The notes beneath the pieces were generated by a model. It worked only from the letters and a program-made list of their open reading frames with translations. It was not told the origin of the DNA and did not search any database. The position numbers and the translations under genes were made by a program. Shown piece by piece: positions 52,165 through 63,437 of a stretch of 64,000 nucleotides of DNA. Numbering within the stretch: position 1 is the first letter of the stretch; every line of letters starts with the position of its first letter. Origin of the DNA: Methylobacillus sp. (lineage in GTDB: Bacteria > Pseudomonadota > Gammaproteobacteria > Burkholderiales > Methylophilaceae); the NCBI GenBank assembly GCA_018607785.1, contig JABBAU010000026.1, positions 10,749 through 74,748 on the forward strand. Reading direction: 5' to 3'.

Positions 52165-52390
52165 ATTTATGCCAACAGACAATTTAAATCTAGAAAAATT
52201 ACTAACTGAACTCGAATCAATTGTTAATAAAATGGAAAGCGATAATCTAAACATAGAAGAATCCCTAAAGTCATACGAAAAGGGTATTAATTTAATTAAG
52301 GACGCACAAAATAAATTAAAAAAAATCGAACAAAAAGTTGAGGTGCTCTCAAAAGATGACGTTTTAGAAAATTTTAATAAAGATGAATAA
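52157..52390 (+). CDS. xseB: Exodeoxyribonuclease VII small subunit
   Basis: 77 aa helical protein (LEKLLTELESIVNKMESDNLNIEESLKSYEKGINLIK). Canonical xseB-ispA-dxs order. Confidence 0.88.
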   Translation: MIKFMPTDNLNLEKLLTELESIVNKMESDNLNIEESLKSYEKGINLIKDAQNKLKKIEQKVEVLSKDDVLENFNKDE

Positions 52391-53273
52391 TTTACTCGAT
52401 GAATGGCAAATTTCTCAAAAATCAAGAATTACAAATTTTCTTAAAAAAAAATTAGATAAAAAAAGCTTATCTAAAACAATTTATGAAGCATCAAACTACG
52501 CACTACTTAATGGTGGTAAAAGATTTAGAGCTTTACTGGTTTATGCGATAGGAGAGATTGATAACATAGATAAAAATCAACTCGATTTTATTGCTGCATC
52601 AATTGAAACTATTCATGCTTATTCTCTTACACATGATGATCTTCCTGATATGGACGATGATTCTCTTAGAAGAGGGCTGCCATCTTGTCACGTAAAATAT
52701 GGTATTGCGCAAGCTATTCTTGCAGGAGATGCTCTTCAATCCCTAGCATTCGAAGTTTTATCCTCTCAGGATTTTAAGATTAAAGACCAACAAAAAATTA
52801 TTTTAATATCACAGTTATCAAAAGCTATTGGTATTGAGGGGATGGCTTTAGGTCAATCTCTAGATATGGAATCATCGAATAAAAAAATTGATGTTAGGTT
52901 GCTTGAAGAAATGCAAAAAAATAAAACAGGCAAACTTATTCACGCCTCATGTGTTATGCCCTATTCAATCTCAAAGTCTTTCAATTTATCTATAGAGAGC
53001 ACAATTTCAAAATTAGCTTTTCAGATTGGGCAGTTATATCAAATTGTTGATGATATTTTGGATAATTCCTCAAGCTCAGAATGCCTAGGTAAAACAAGTG
53101 GAAAAGATCAAAAAGCAAAAAAAGCAACCTATGTTAATATCGTCGGCATTCCAGAATCAAAAAAGATTAAAGATAATCTTTATTCAAATATTAAAAAGCT
53201 AATTGGTAAAATTCCTGGCAATACACAACCACTTATTTATTTAGCTGATAAGATTTATTCCAGAGAATACTAA
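52383..53273 (+). CDS. ispA: Farnesyl diphosphate synthase
   Basis: 296 aa. First DDxxD region HDDLPDMDDDSLRRG and second QIVDDILD. Confidence 0.92.
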   Translation: MNNLLDEWQISQKSRITNFLKKKLDKKSLSKTIYEASNYALLNGGKRFRALLVYAIGEIDNIDKNQLDFIAASIETIHAYSLTHDDLPDMDDDSLRRGLPSCHVKYGIAQAILAGDALQSLAFEVLSSQDFKIKDQQKIILISQLSKAIGIEGMALGQSLDMESSNKKIDVRLLEEMQKNKTGKLIHASCVMPYSISKSFNLSIESTISKLAFQIGQLYQIVDDILDNSSSSECLGKTSGKDQKAKKATYVNIVGIPESKKIKDNLYSNIKKLIGKIPGNTQPLIYLADKIYSREY

Positions 53274-53280
53274 ATAAAAA

Positions 53281-55095
53281 ATGTTGATTGACCAAATTAA
53301 AAGTCCCCAAGATTTAAAAAAACTTACTAGAGATGAGCTAAAAACTCTGGCTAATCAAATTCGCGAGTTTCTTATTGACAGTGTATTTGAGACAGGCGGT
53401 CACCTTTCATCCAATTTGGGTGCGATAGAGCTTACACTTGCTATTCATTATGTCTTTGATGCACCTAAAGATAAAATAGTTTGGGATGTTGGGCATCAAA
53501 CCTATACCCATAAAATCATCACAGGTAGAAAAAACATGATGAGTTCACTTCGAAAAAAAGGTGGTCTATCAGGTTTCCCAAATGTACAAGAAAGTATTTA
53601 TGACAATTTTGGAACCGGTCACTCTAGCACTTCAATTTCAGCAGCCTTTGGTATGAGTGAGGCATTTAGAATCAGTAAATCATCGAATAAAGCAATAGCA
53701 GTTATTGGGGATGGAGGCATGACTGGTGGGATGGCTTTTGAGGGACTGAACAATGCTGGTGCATCAGAGAACGACTTTCTCGTAATTCTTAATGATAACG
53801 ATATGTCAATTTCAAAAAATGTAGGGGCACTTAATAATTATCTTTCAAAACTTTTATCTGGCAAAATTTACGGAAGCGTAAAAAAATCAGGTAAAGCAGT
53901 TTTTTCATCACTTCCACCTGTCCTTGAGCTAGCAAGAAAGACTGAAGAACATGTTAAGGGCATGGTAATACCTGGTACCTTATTTGAAGAATTTGGATTT
54001 AATTATATAGGGCCAATCGATGGGCATGATATAGATATATTGATTGACACACTTTCAAATATAAAGTCACTAAGTGGTCCACAATTCCTTCATATAGCGA
54101 CAAAAAAAGGATTTGGATATACCCCAGCTGAATCTGATCCGAATAAGTTTCACGGAATAAGTAAAAAAACAACCGCCATTAAGAAGATTACTTATACAGA
54201 GGTATTTTCAGAGTGGTTATTAGATGCTGGGAAGAAAAATAAACAATTATGTGCAATTACACCAGCGATGGCTGATGGGTCAGGCTTAACAAAATTTGCA
54301 AAAAAATATCCGAAAAGATTTTTTGATGTTGGAATTGCTGAGCAACATGCACTTACATTTGCTGCAGGTCTATCATCAAATAAAATTAAACCTGTAGTTG
54401 CGATTTATTCTTCTTTTCTTCAGCGTGGCTACGATCAATTTATACACGATATTGCTCTTCAAAATATACCTATGTTATTCGCTATTGATCGAGCAGGAAT
54501 TGTTGGGGCAGATGGCCCAACTCATTCAGGAAACTTTGATATATCTTTTTTAAGATGTATTCCAAATATTGTATTTATGGCCCCAAGCAACGAATCTGAA
54601 TGTTATTCAATGCTTGAGTTTGGATATAACTATAATGGCGTTTGTGCTGTCAGATACCCACGTGGAAACGGTCTGGGGACAGCAATCAATAAACATTTAG
54701 ATGATATTAAATTAGGTAAAAGCAAGACACTTATTTCAGGAAAAAAAATAGCTATCCTTGCCTTTGGTCCTGTGCTAAATAATTGTATTGATATTGCAAA
54801 TGATTTAAATGCAACACTCGTTGATATGAGATTTATCAAACCTATTGATGAATCAATAATTAAACAATTATCTAAAACACACGATCTTATCGTTACAGTG
54901 GAAGATAATACGATTTGTGGTGGAGCCGGCTCAGCTGTTCTTGAGATTCTTAGTAAAAATAAGATAGTAATGCCAACTTTAATTCTGGGTATACCCGATA
55001 AATTTGTGGATCATGGATCACAAGAAGAAATATATAAACAATGTGGTTTAGATAAAAATAGTATTTTTAATAAAATTGTTAAGAGCTTGAAGTAG
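53281..55095 (+). CDS. dxs: 1-deoxy-D-xylulose-5-phosphate synthase
   Basis: 604 aa. GGHLSSNLG, GHSSTSISAA, GDGGMTGGMAFEGLN and AEQHA blocks. Confidence 0.96.
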   Translation: MLIDQIKSPQDLKKLTRDELKTLANQIREFLIDSVFETGGHLSSNLGAIELTLAIHYVFDAPKDKIVWDVGHQTYTHKIITGRKNMMSSLRKKGGLSGFPNVQESIYDNFGTGHSSTSISAAFGMSEAFRISKSSNKAIAVIGDGGMTGGMAFEGLNNAGASENDFLVILNDNDMSISKNVGALNNYLSKLLSGKIYGSVKKSGKAVFSSLPPVLELARKTEEHVKGMVIPGTLFEEFGFNYIGPIDGHDIDILIDTLSNIKSLSGPQFLHIATKKGFGYTPAESDPNKFHGISKKTTAIKKITYTEVFSEWLLDAGKKNKQLCAITPAMADGSGLTKFAKKYPKRFFDVGIAEQHALTFAAGLSSNKIKPVVAIYSSFLQRGYDQFIHDIALQNIPMLFAIDRAGIVGADGPTHSGNFDISFLRCIPNIVFMAPSNESECYSMLEFGYNYNGVCAVRYPRGNGLGTAINKHLDDIKLGKSKTLISGKKIAILAFGPVLNNCIDIANDLNATLVDMRFIKPIDESIIKQLSKTHDLIVTVEDNTICGGAGSAVLEILSKNKIVMPTLILGIPDKFVDHGSQEEIYKQCGLDKNSIFNKIVKSLK

Positions 55096-55132
55096 TGCTA
55101 ACATGGAGTTTTTTAAAGAATTTACTTGATTC

Positions 55133-55924
55133 ATGAATAGACCAACTACACCAGAACTAATCGAAGACGTTCAAAATATAGCTGATAAAAGACACCTTGA
55201 TATTGATCAGGTAGGAATTAAATCTATAAAACACCCTATTGTTGTTAAGGATAAATCTAGCGGTTCACAGCATACAATTGCTAATTTTGATATGTACGTG
55301 CAACTCCCCCACAATTTCAAAGGGACGCACATGTCGCGTTTTGTAGAAATACTTAATGAAAATGAAAAAGAGATATCTGTAGAGTCATTTGAAAGTATCC
55401 TAAGAGCAATGTTAGTTAGATTAGAATCAAAATCATGTAATCTTTATATGAGCTTTCCATATTTTATAAATAAATCGGCACCTGTTTCAAAAGTTGAGAG
55501 TCTTTTAGACTATGAAGTAACTTTTATTGGAGAAATAAGTGAGGGCAAATATAAGAATTCTACAAAAGTTGTTGTCCCTGTAACAAGTCTATGCCCATGC
55601 TCAAAAAGTATTTCAGAGTACGGTGCTCATAACCAAAGATCTCATGTAACTGTAACCATCCAGGCTAATGAATTTGTTTGGATAGAAGAAATTATAGAAA
55701 TTGTTGAAAAACAAGCATCGTGCGAATTATATGGCCTTCTTAAAAGACCAGATGAAAAGTTTGTTACAGAAAAAGCTTATGACAATCCGAAATTTGTTGA
55801 AGATATGGTTCGTGATATTGCGACCGACCTAAAAAATGATAAAAGGATTAAGTCATTTGTTGTTGAGTCCGAAAATTTTGAGTCAATTCATAACCATTCA
55901 GCGTACGCGCTTATTAAAAGTTAG
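55133..55924 (+). CDS. folE2: GTP cyclohydrolase FolE2 (type IB)
   Basis: 263 aa. COG1469-type blocks ([33 protein letters not shown]). Confidence 0.88.
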   Translation: MNRPTTPELIEDVQNIADKRHLDIDQVGIKSIKHPIVVKDKSSGSQHTIANFDMYVQLPHNFKGTHMSRFVEILNENEKEISVESFESILRAMLVRLESKSCNLYMSFPYFINKSAPVSKVESLLDYEVTFIGEISEGKYKNSTKVVVPVTSLCPCSKSISEYGAHNQRSHVTVTIQANEFVWIEEIIEIVEKQASCELYGLLKRPDEKFVTEKAYDNPKFVEDMVRDIATDLKNDKRIKSFVVESENFESIHNHSAYALIKS

Positions 55925-55929
55925 CATAT

Positions 55930-57093
55930 TTATTTTAAATCAGCCTTAAATTTAGTTTTTAATCCCAAGATAAGCACCATGAACCCCAAAAATGGAAGGA
56001 TTGCTGAAAGCATAAAAGTATTCGCCATACCACTGTATTCAATCATATAACCACCTCCTAACCCCCCTATCGCACCCCCAACTCCATAGGTGATACTATT
56101 GTACAAAGATTGCCCACGAGCTTGATGCTCATTATAGAAAAAATGTGCAATCAACTGAATTGATGCAACATGAAAGCTTCCAAAAGTTGCTGCATGCATT
56201 ACTTGAGCAATAAAAAGCAGAATCATAGAATCAACGTATGCGCCTATCAAGAAAAACCTGATGACTGCAAAGCCCAAACTTATTAATAAAACCGCTTTCA
56301 AAGTAAATTTATTTAATATCCTTGGCATTAATAAAAAAATTATTATTTCAAATATCACACCCACAGCCCAAAGAAGACCTATAGTTGTTCCTGAATAGCC
56401 TTGTTGCTCAAGAAATATCGAATAAAAGTTATACAGAAGTCCATGGGATGAAACCATCAAGGCACAACTTAAAAGTAATACAACTACCTCTCTTTTTTTT
56501 AATATAGGCCATATAGATCTTTTCTTTTTCGGTAAAAAAATTACTTTTTTTGTTGGGAGGATAAAGGCTAAAAGAAAGATTACTAGTTGGGTCAGCAATA
56601 AAGCGTATATCAACGACTTTTCTCCAATAGAATCAATCATAATGCCTAATAAAATAGCTGCTACAATAAACCCAATAGACCCCCATAATCTAATATGGCT
56701 GTACTTTGAATCAGCCTTATTTGCTTTCAAATGAGCCAAAGTAAGTGATTCAGCAAGTGGTAATGTTGAGCTAGTAAATATGCTCATTGCCATCATAATT
56801 AAAAAAATACTTAAGAAGGAATTTGCCCAAAAGATACCTATAAAAAGAATAAAGCCAAAAAAAGAGGATATCTTTATCCACTTTATATATTCACCCGAGC
56901 GATCGGCAATCCATCCCAAAAAATTTGGAGCAAAAATTCTACTAATCTGAAACAAAGAAAGTAAGGCACCAATCTGTAATGCACTAAATGATAAAGAAGT
57001 CAGGTAAATGCCCCAATAGGGGACAAAAAGACCTACAAAAAAATAATAAGAAAAGTAAAAACTTGAAAGGCGACTATAAAAGAATGAGGTCAA
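55930..57093 (-). CDS. MFS transporter (LacY/HcaT-like, MFS_1_like type; substrate unknown)
   Basis: 387 aa, about 12 TM. The [12 protein letters not shown] motif in mid-protein is typical of this MFS branch as I recall it. The start overlaps the aroC stop by 4 nt. Confidence 0.7.
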   Translation of the reverse strand: MTSFFYSRLSSFYFSYYFFVGLFVPYWGIYLTSLSFSALQIGALLSLFQISRIFAPNFLGWIADRSGEYIKWIKISSFFGFILFIGIFWANSFLSIFLIMMAMSIFTSSTLPLAESLTLAHLKANKADSKYSHIRLWGSIGFIVAAILLGIMIDSIGEKSLIYALLLTQLVIFLLAFILPTKKVIFLPKKKRSIWPILKKREVVVLLLSCALMVSSHGLLYNFYSIFLEQQGYSGTTIGLLWAVGVIFEIIIFLLMPRILNKFTLKAVLLISLGFAVIRFFLIGAYVDSMILLFIAQVMHAATFGSFHVASIQLIAHFFYNEHQARGQSLYNSITYGVGGAIGGLGGGYMIEYSGMANTFMLSAILPFLGFMVLILGLKTKFKADLK

Positions 57094-58178
57094 ACTGAAA
57101 AAGGATTTTTTCTTACCACGTCTGCATTTTGTGCTCTATCTCTTAAAACATGATCTATTAGAACTAGGGCGAGCATTGCCTCCACGATCGGAACAGCTCT
57201 AATTGCAACGCATGGGTCATGTCGTCCAGTGGTTTTCATATCAACCTCTTTACCGTCGGTATCAATAGAGTTTCTATCTTGCGGGATACTGGACGTAGGT
57301 TTAAAAGCAACATTTACCTCTATATCTTGACCTGTCGAAATACCTCCCAAAACACCACCAGCATTATTTGACTTAAAACCCTTAGCACTCATTTCATCGC
57401 TATGCTCGGTTCCTTTTTGCTCAACACTACTAAAACCTGAACCAATCTCAACACCTTTTGTTGCATTTATACTCATCATTGCAGCTGCAATATCTGCATC
57501 AAGCCTTGAAAAAACCGGTTCACCTAAACCTATTGGCATTTTTTTTGCGCATACAAAAATATTTGCTCCAACCGAATTTTTTTCAGCTCTTATATCATTT
57601 AAATAATTTTCAAGCTCATTAATAATTGATTTACTAGGAGAAAAAAATGGATTTTTATTTACAATTTCCCAACTTTCAAATGGAATAGAAATTTTGCCTA
57701 ATTGTTTAAGATGCCCCATGACTTCAATGCCTTGATGCTCCTTCAACCATTTTTTAGCAATGGCTCCTGCAGCGACCCTGACTGCAGTTTCTCTAGCACT
57801 TGATCTCCCACCACCTTTATAATCTCTAATGCCGTACTTACTTAGATAGGTGATATCAGCATGCCCAGGTCGAAAAACCTCTTTTATTTTGGAATAGTCC
57901 TGACTTCTCTGATCTTTATTCCTAATGATAAATCCGATAGGCGCTCCAGTGGTAACTCCCTCAAATACTCCAGATAATATTTCAATTGAGTCATCTTCTT
58001 TCCTCTGTGTTACAAATTTAGAAGTACCTGGCTTTCTTCTATCAAGGTCAATTTGTATATCTGACTCATTGAGCTCCATTCCGGGTGGACAACCATCAAC
58101 AACGCCGCCAATGGCAGGGCCATGAGACTCGCCAAATGAAGTTAATGTAAAAGCTTTTCCGAATGAATTTCCAGCCAT
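57090..58178 (-). CDS. aroC: Chorismate synthase
   Basis: 362 aa. MAGNSFG...[22 protein letters not shown]-terminus, plus [11 protein letters not shown] and GRHDPCV blocks. Confidence 0.96.
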   Translation of the reverse strand: MAGNSFGKAFTLTSFGESHGPAIGGVVDGCPPGMELNESDIQIDLDRRKPGTSKFVTQRKEDDSIEILSGVFEGVTTGAPIGFIIRNKDQRSQDYSKIKEVFRPGHADITYLSKYGIRDYKGGGRSSARETAVRVAAGAIAKKWLKEHQGIEVMGHLKQLGKISIPFESWEIVNKNPFFSPSKSIINELENYLNDIRAEKNSVGANIFVCAKKMPIGLGEPVFSRLDADIAAAMMSINATKGVEIGSGFSSVEQKGTEHSDEMSAKGFKSNNAGGVLGGISTGQDIEVNVAFKPTSSIPQDRNSIDTDGKEVDMKTTGRHDPCVAIRAVPIVEAMLALVLIDHVLRDRAQNADVVRKNPFSV

Positions 58179-58237
58179 AAAACAAACTTTTTTAAAAAAG
58201 ATTAAACTGATTATAACATTGCATCGTAATTGAAAAG

Positions 58238-58771
58238 TTACATTTTAATAACAGAATATTCACCAGGCTTTAATTTACTAATATTAAATTCACCAATTTG
58301 GGTTCTTATTAAACGAAGTGTAGGATGAGAAATACTGGCTGTCATTCTCCTAATCTGCCTATTTTTACCCTCTGAGATCTTAATTTCTAGCCATGATGTT
58401 GGGATTAATTTTCTTTCTCTTATGGGTGGATTCCTCGGCCAGATATCAGGTTCATCAATTCTTTTTATTAAGGCTGGTTTGGTCCTCACACCTTTTATTA
58501 AAACACCTTCCCTTAACTTATCTAATGCAGAGTTATTGGGAATATTTTCAACCTGCGTTATATAAGTTTTTAAAATATTGTTCTTTGGGCTCGATATTTT
58601 ATTTTGAAAAACTCCATTGTCAGTTAAAATAAGGAGTCCTTCGCTATCAGTATCTAATCGACCTGCAGGATAAACATTTTTATGGGGTATGAAGTCCTTT
58701 AGAGTTTGATGCTTTTCATGTTTTGAAAATTGGCTGATAACACCATAAGGTTTGTTAAATAAAATAAGCAT
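58238..58771 (-). CDS. rluE: rRNA pseudouridine synthase, RluE-like (no S4 domain)
   Basis: 177 aa. [14 protein letters not shown] and catalytic [16 protein letters not shown]-terminal [10 protein letters not shown]. Confidence 0.8.
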   Translation of the reverse strand: MLILFNKPYGVISQFSKHEKHQTLKDFIPHKNVYPAGRLDTDSEGLLILTDNGVFQNKISSPKNNILKTYITQVENIPNNSALDKLREGVLIKGVRTKPALIKRIDEPDIWPRNPPIRERKLIPTSWLEIKISEGKNRQIRRMTASISHPTLRLIRTQIGEFNISKLKPGEYSVIKM

Positions 58772-58798
58772 AAAATTTAAAAAGATTTAAGGGAAAAA

Positions 58799-60061
58799 AT
58801 GGAAAGCAAAATTGTTGTTCCTCAAGATGGAAATAAAATAGGTTTTAATTCTAACCTGAAATTAGATGTTCCAAACAATCCAATTATTCCTTTTATATGT
58901 GGAGATGGTATTGGAAGTGATATCACACCAGCCATGCAAGCAGTAGTAGATAAAGCTATTTCAAAGGCATATGGTAATAATAAGAAAATTGCTTGGATGG
59001 AGGTATTTGCAGGGGAGAAAGCTACCACTATTTATGGTGAAGGGGTATGGCTCCCTGATGAAACAATCGATGCATTAAAATCATATGTTGTTTCTATCAA
59101 AGGGCCCTTAGCAACACCCGTTGGTGGAGGAATTAGATCATTAAATGTTGCGCTCAGACAATCACTCGACCTATATGTTTGCTTAAGACCAATAAGATAT
59201 TATCAAGGCGTACCAAGCCCAGTAAAAAATCCACAAAATGTAAATATGGTAATTTTTAGAGAAAATACTGAGGATATTTATGCTGGCATTGAATACGCAT
59301 CAGAATCAGATAAATCAAAAGAAATAATAGAAATACTTAGTAAATTTGGTGATAAAGACAAAATACGATTTCCTGAATCAGCTGCTATTGGAATTAAGCC
59401 TGTTTCAAAAGAAGGAAGTCAGAGACTTATTCGTAAAGCTATTGAATACGCAATCAATAACAATCGAAAGTCAGTCACACTTGTTCATAAAGGCAATATC
59501 ATGAAATTTACTGAGGGCGGATTTAAAGAATGGGGTTATGAGGTAGCAAAAAATGAATTTAATGCAAAGAAAAATACGCTAGGATTTTATGAAATACCTA
59601 CCGATAAAAAAATTGATGCAATCAATAAAAAAATTGTGATTAAAGATATGATTACAGATGCATTTTTACAAGAGGTTTTACTTAATCCCAAAGATCATGA
59701 TGTAGTAGCCACATTAAATCTTAATGGAGATTATGCCTCTGACGCACTAGCTGCTCAGGTGGGAGGTATAGGTATTTCCCCAGGCGCAAATATGTCTGAC
59801 ACCGCCAGTATATTTGAGGCAACCCACGGAACCGCACCAAATATAGCAGGGAAAAATTTAGCCAACCCCAGCTCGTTAATACTCTCAGCACAGATGATGC
59901 TTGAGTATATGGGATGGACAGAAGCCTCCTACGTCATTTCAGGGGCTTTCGAAAAAACCTTGAAAGAAAATAAATTTACTACAGATTTAGCATCCCAAAT
60001 ATCGGGCTGCCAATCTTTATCAACCTCTGATTTCGCTACAGAGATTATTTCTAATATGTAA
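58799..60061 (+). CDS. icd: Isocitrate dehydrogenase (NADP-dependent, homodimeric E. coli type)
   Basis: 420 aa. Collinear with E. coli Icd from MESKIVVP to the IISNM end. [13 protein letters not shown] (the Ser113 context) is conserved. Confidence 0.96.
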   Translation: MESKIVVPQDGNKIGFNSNLKLDVPNNPIIPFICGDGIGSDITPAMQAVVDKAISKAYGNNKKIAWMEVFAGEKATTIYGEGVWLPDETIDALKSYVVSIKGPLATPVGGGIRSLNVALRQSLDLYVCLRPIRYYQGVPSPVKNPQNVNMVIFRENTEDIYAGIEYASESDKSKEIIEILSKFGDKDKIRFPESAAIGIKPVSKEGSQRLIRKAIEYAINNNRKSVTLVHKGNIMKFTEGGFKEWGYEVAKNEFNAKKNTLGFYEIPTDKKIDAINKKIVIKDMITDAFLQEVLLNPKDHDVVATLNLNGDYASDALAAQVGGIGISPGANMSDTASIFEATHGTAPNIAGKNLANPSSLILSAQMMLEYMGWTEASYVISGAFEKTLKENKFTTDLASQISGCQSLSTSDFATEIISNM

Positions 60062-60088
60062 AAAAAGGTTCCGAAGAACCCTTTGTTT
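60062..60088. terminator. Bidirectional terminator shared by icd and cspA
   Basis: GGTTC/GAACC stem, extendable by A-T and G-U pairs. The loop is CGAA on the plus strand and UUCG on the minus strand. A6 lies upstream and a T-rich tract downstream. On the minus strand it reads hairpin plus T6, directly after the cspA stop. Confidence 0.6.
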
Positions 60089-60089
60089 A

Positions 60090-60296
60090 CTAGTCAGCTT
60101 TTTGGATATTTGAAGCTTGCTTACCCTTTGGACCTTCAGTTACCTCAAAAGTCACACGAGCACCTTCTTTCAAACTTTTGTAACCTTCTTCAACGATTGC
60201 TGAAAAGTGAGCAAATAAATCATCACCACCATCATCTGGAGTGATAAAACCAAAACCTTTTGAATCATTAAACCATTTTACTGTTCCTGTTGCCAT
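60090..60296 (-). CDS. cspA: Cold-shock protein, CspA family
   Basis: 68 aa. [17 protein letters not shown] (RNP1) and DLFAHFS (RNP2). Confidence 0.95.
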   Translation of the reverse strand: MATGTVKWFNDSKGFGFITPDDGGDDLFAHFSAIVEEGYKSLKEGARVTFEVTEGPKGKQASNIQKAD

Positions 60297-60442
60297 TACG
60301 ATACATCCTTTACAAATTTGGGAGGCCCCTAAAGAATCGCTTACTGTATATGTTGTTTGTAGATTGTGAACCTAAAGAACGACTGATACTAATAAACCAA
60401 ACACCTGAACCGAATTTAACTCCTGTGAAAGATAAAAGTCAA
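60297..60442 (-). promoter_or_regulatory. Putative sigma-70 promoter and roughly 110-nt 5' leader of cspA
   Basis: On the minus strand: TTGACT (60442-60437), a 17-nt spacer, then TTAAAT (60419-60414). AAGGA lies about 9 nt before the ATG. Long leaders are characteristic of cspA-family genes. Confidence 0.45.
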
Positions 60443-60461
60443 GCCATTTTACAAAAAAAAA

Positions 60462-61160
60462 TTACTTTATAAATTTTGCAATTTCTTCATAAGGTAATGC
60501 TCCTTCTATCCTTTTGCCATCAGCCATAATAATAGTTGGGGTCGATGAAATGCCTAATTTTCTTGCTAGCTCTAGATTTGCTTCAACCGGTGTATTACAA
60601 CTACCATCATTTTCTGGCAGAGAATTTTTGATCATATAATTGCTCCAGGCATCTACTTTATTTTTTGCACACCATATTTTTTTTGATTTTTCTTTTGCAT
60701 CTGGATGAATCGCTAATGGATATAGAAAAGTATAAATTGTTATATCTGTTAATTTAGTAATTGTCTCTTTTTCCAGCTTCCTACAAAAGGGGCAGTCTAC
60801 ATCAGAAAAAACAGCAATGCGTCTGCTACCATCTCCTCTTACTTCTTTAATTGCATTTTTAAAAGGCAAACTATTAAAATCTACTTTATTTAATTCTTCT
60901 AGCCTCGCTGTGGTTAGATCAACTTTAGTTTTTGGATCAACTACCCTTCCCTCCACAATCAGGAAACTAAAGCTCTCATCGCTATAAATTATTTGGCCTC
61001 CAATATAAATTTCATAAAGGTCGTTATATTGAGTTTTTTGAATACTTTTAATTGTTAGCTCTGGATAAGTTTTTTCAATAATTTCTCTCAATTCCTTTTC
61101 TCCCGCCTCGGTTGAAAAGTTAATAAAAATTAGAAGAATTATTAATGATATTTTAATCAT
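60462..61160 (-). CDS. dsbC: Thiol:disulfide interchange protein DsbC
   Basis: 232 aa. Signal peptide, N-terminal dimerisation domain, thioredoxin domain with CPFC, and a second Cys pair. Confidence 0.88.
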   Translation of the reverse strand: MIKISLIILLIFINFSTEAGEKELREIIEKTYPELTIKSIQKTQYNDLYEIYIGGQIIYSDESFSFLIVEGRVVDPKTKVDLTTARLEELNKVDFNSLPFKNAIKEVRGDGSRRIAVFSDVDCPFCRKLEKETITKLTDITIYTFLYPLAIHPDAKEKSKKIWCAKNKVDAWSNYMIKNSLPENDGSCNTPVEANLELARKLGISSTPTIIMADGKRIEGALPYEEIAKFIK

Positions 61161-62296
61161 GCCGTTGCCTTTTTAATAAGCTGTTTTTTTAGAAGTTTTG
61201 ATTTATCTAGCATACTCATCCCTTTCCCAACAATTCTACTCAGAATAGATGATTTGTTTGAAAAAATCCAATTTAGGCCAAGAGTCAAAAATCCCATCTG
61301 AGCCACATCCTCTTTTCTTGCTCTCTCGTATTTTCTTAAAAAACCTTTCAAGCCAATATCTGCATAATCTTTTTTATCTATGATTTTTTCTAGTGTAATT
61401 ATATCTCTGATACCAAGATTTAAACCTTGCCCTGCTAGAGGGTGAATAAAATGAGCTGCATCGCCAACAAGCAAAACTCGATCTTTAAAAAAACTTTCAA
61501 CCCTATTCATAGTTAAAGGAAAAGATTCTATTTTAGATACCACCTTAATATCTTTATAAAAGTCACCGATAGTTAGGTTTAATTCATCTTCAATAGACTT
61601 TTCATCAAAACTATTAATTTTTTTATAAAATTGAGAATTACAAGACCAAACAATTGAAACTAAATCTTTTTTAATAGGTAAAATCGCTAAGATACTTTCC
61701 TTTAAAAAAAATTGCTTGGCCTCATTTTGATTATCAAGTTTTACTTTTAGCTGAAATGTGATGGCGGTTTGATTAAAATCATGCTTTGTCGACTTAATTT
61801 CTATTTTTTCTCGAGCCAATGAATTAACGCCATCACAAGCAATAATAATAGATGATTTATATCGTTCTTTTGATGTCTCTATAATTACCTGATCTTGTTT
61901 ATTTTTTATTACATAATCTTTAGGAATCTCTTCTATCGTTTTTCTCTTTTTAAATGTTTTTTCAATTGCTTCATTAAAATCTTTTTCGTTTGCCATGAAA
62001 GCAATTGCTGGTTTCGCAATGTCGTCACTCTCAAAAGTAACTGAATTACTTAAAGTGCTATCAAAAATCTTCATGCTACTTATGTCATTGAGGGAGTCAA
62101 AAAATTTAGAAGGCAAGCCTAAAGATTTGAGCCAATCTACTGAGGATGGTGTCAATGCAAAGGTTCTATTTTTTAATTTAGAGGTCTTTTCAAATTGATT
62201 TATCGAAAATCCTTTTGATTCAAGCATTAGATGAAGAAGATTACCAACTAATCCACCTCCTATGATGATGATGCTATTTTGAATATCACTCACCAT
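61157..62296 (-). CDS. ubiI: FAD-dependent ubiquinone biosynthesis hydroxylase (UbiI/VisC/UbiF-like)
   Basis: 379 aa. GGGLVG dinucleotide-binding N-terminus, GDAAHFIHPLAGQGLNLG fingerprint. Position after ubiH as in E. coli pepP-ubiH-visC. Confidence 0.75.
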   Translation of the reverse strand: MVSDIQNSIIIIGGGLVGNLLHLMLESKGFSINQFEKTSKLKNRTFALTPSSVDWLKSLGLPSKFFDSLNDISSMKIFDSTLSNSVTFESDDIAKPAIAFMANEKDFNEAIEKTFKKRKTIEEIPKDYVIKNKQDQVIIETSKERYKSSIIIACDGVNSLAREKIEIKSTKHDFNQTAITFQLKVKLDNQNEAKQFFLKESILAILPIKKDLVSIVWSCNSQFYKKINSFDEKSIEDELNLTIGDFYKDIKVVSKIESFPLTMNRVESFFKDRVLLVGDAAHFIHPLAGQGLNLGIRDIITLEKIIDKKDYADIGLKGFLRKYERARKEDVAQMGFLTLGLNWIFSNKSSILSRIVGKGMSMLDKSKLLKKQLIKKATA

Positions 62297-63437
62297 AACT
62301 CAGCTTTCGTACAAAAGAATTTTTAATAGGCTTTGTAATATCCAAAAATGATAGCGCAAATCCCCTAACTTTTTTTAAACCTACTAGATCACTTGAAAAA
62401 CCATTAACAAGTATTTCAGTAAAGTCTAGTATCTTTCTCTGTTCACCTGATCTTGATTTTTTATATCCATCGAGTATTGATTGCAAATCTTTATCGTCAT
62501 TAAATTTTTTAATTGCCTTGTTTAATTTGTATGCATCTTTAAAACCGGTGTTTAGTCCCTGTCCCGCTACAGGGTGCATAGTCTGTGATGCATTACCAAG
62601 AGCCACAATATTTGGATGTAATACTGAAACACTTGAATGTTTTAAGTGGAATGAAATTCTTTTCTCGCACTCTTTGAAATTTCCAACACGATCCCCAAAG
62701 CTTTTATGCAGTTGGATTAAAAAACTTTTTTCATTCAAATTGGCAAGTTTATCTATATGTTCATTTGGGCCAGTCCATACCAATGAAAATTTATTATTTT
62801 TATTTGGCAATAATGCGATCGGGCCCTCATCGGTAAATCTTTCGTAGGCAGTATTTTGATGCGGTAATTCTGTAGACACTTTTGTAACAATTGCAGAATG
62901 ATTAAGAGGTTTTATTTTTTTTTGAAGCTCCAACCCTTCAATTTTATCATTAGCGCCATCTGCCAAAATAACTAAATTGCTTTGAAAAACTTTTGTTTCA
63001 TTTTTATTTTGAAGTGATAAATGAATCAAACTCTTATCATCGAAACATTTTGTTACTTTTGTTTCATAAATAACCTCAACATTATTTAATTTTTCTATTT
63101 TTTCGATGAGAGTTTTCATTAGATCTCCATAAGACACAATGAATCCTAAGGATTTTTCATTAAATTCTTTTGCCTCTAATAAAGTTCTACCAAAAGAATT
63201 TACTTGGCTGGTATGTATTCTATTAATATTAGTAATATTTTTTTTTAATCTCTCCCAAACTCCAATTTCCTCCAAAATTAGTCTGCTACCATTTGAAAGA
63301 GCCAATGCTCGGCTATCTTGGTAAAGAGCATTACATTTTTTAGCCTCAAATATTTGAATTTTATTTTGATTTGAATGGTTTAATATTGCAAATACAAGTC
63401 CAACTGGCCCTCCCCCAATTACAGCACCATCAATCAT
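62286..63437 (-). CDS. ubiH: FAD-dependent ubiquinone biosynthesis hydroxylase (UbiH-like)
   Basis: 383 aa. VIGGGPVG N-terminus, GNASQTMHPVAGQGLNTG fingerprint. Directly downstream of pepP. Confidence 0.75.
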   Translation of the reverse strand: MIDGAVIGGGPVGLVFAILNHSNQNKIQIFEAKKCNALYQDSRALALSNGSRLILEEIGVWERLKKNITNINRIHTSQVNSFGRTLLEAKEFNEKSLGFIVSYGDLMKTLIEKIEKLNNVEVIYETKVTKCFDDKSLIHLSLQNKNETKVFQSNLVILADGANDKIEGLELQKKIKPLNHSAIVTKVSTELPHQNTAYERFTDEGPIALLPNKNNKFSLVWTGPNEHIDKLANLNEKSFLIQLHKSFGDRVGNFKECEKRISFHLKHSSVSVLHPNIVALGNASQTMHPVAGQGLNTGFKDAYKLNKAIKKFNDDKDLQSILDGYKKSRSGEQRKILDFTEILVNGFSSDLVGLKKVRGFALSFLDITKPIKNSFVRKLSYGE

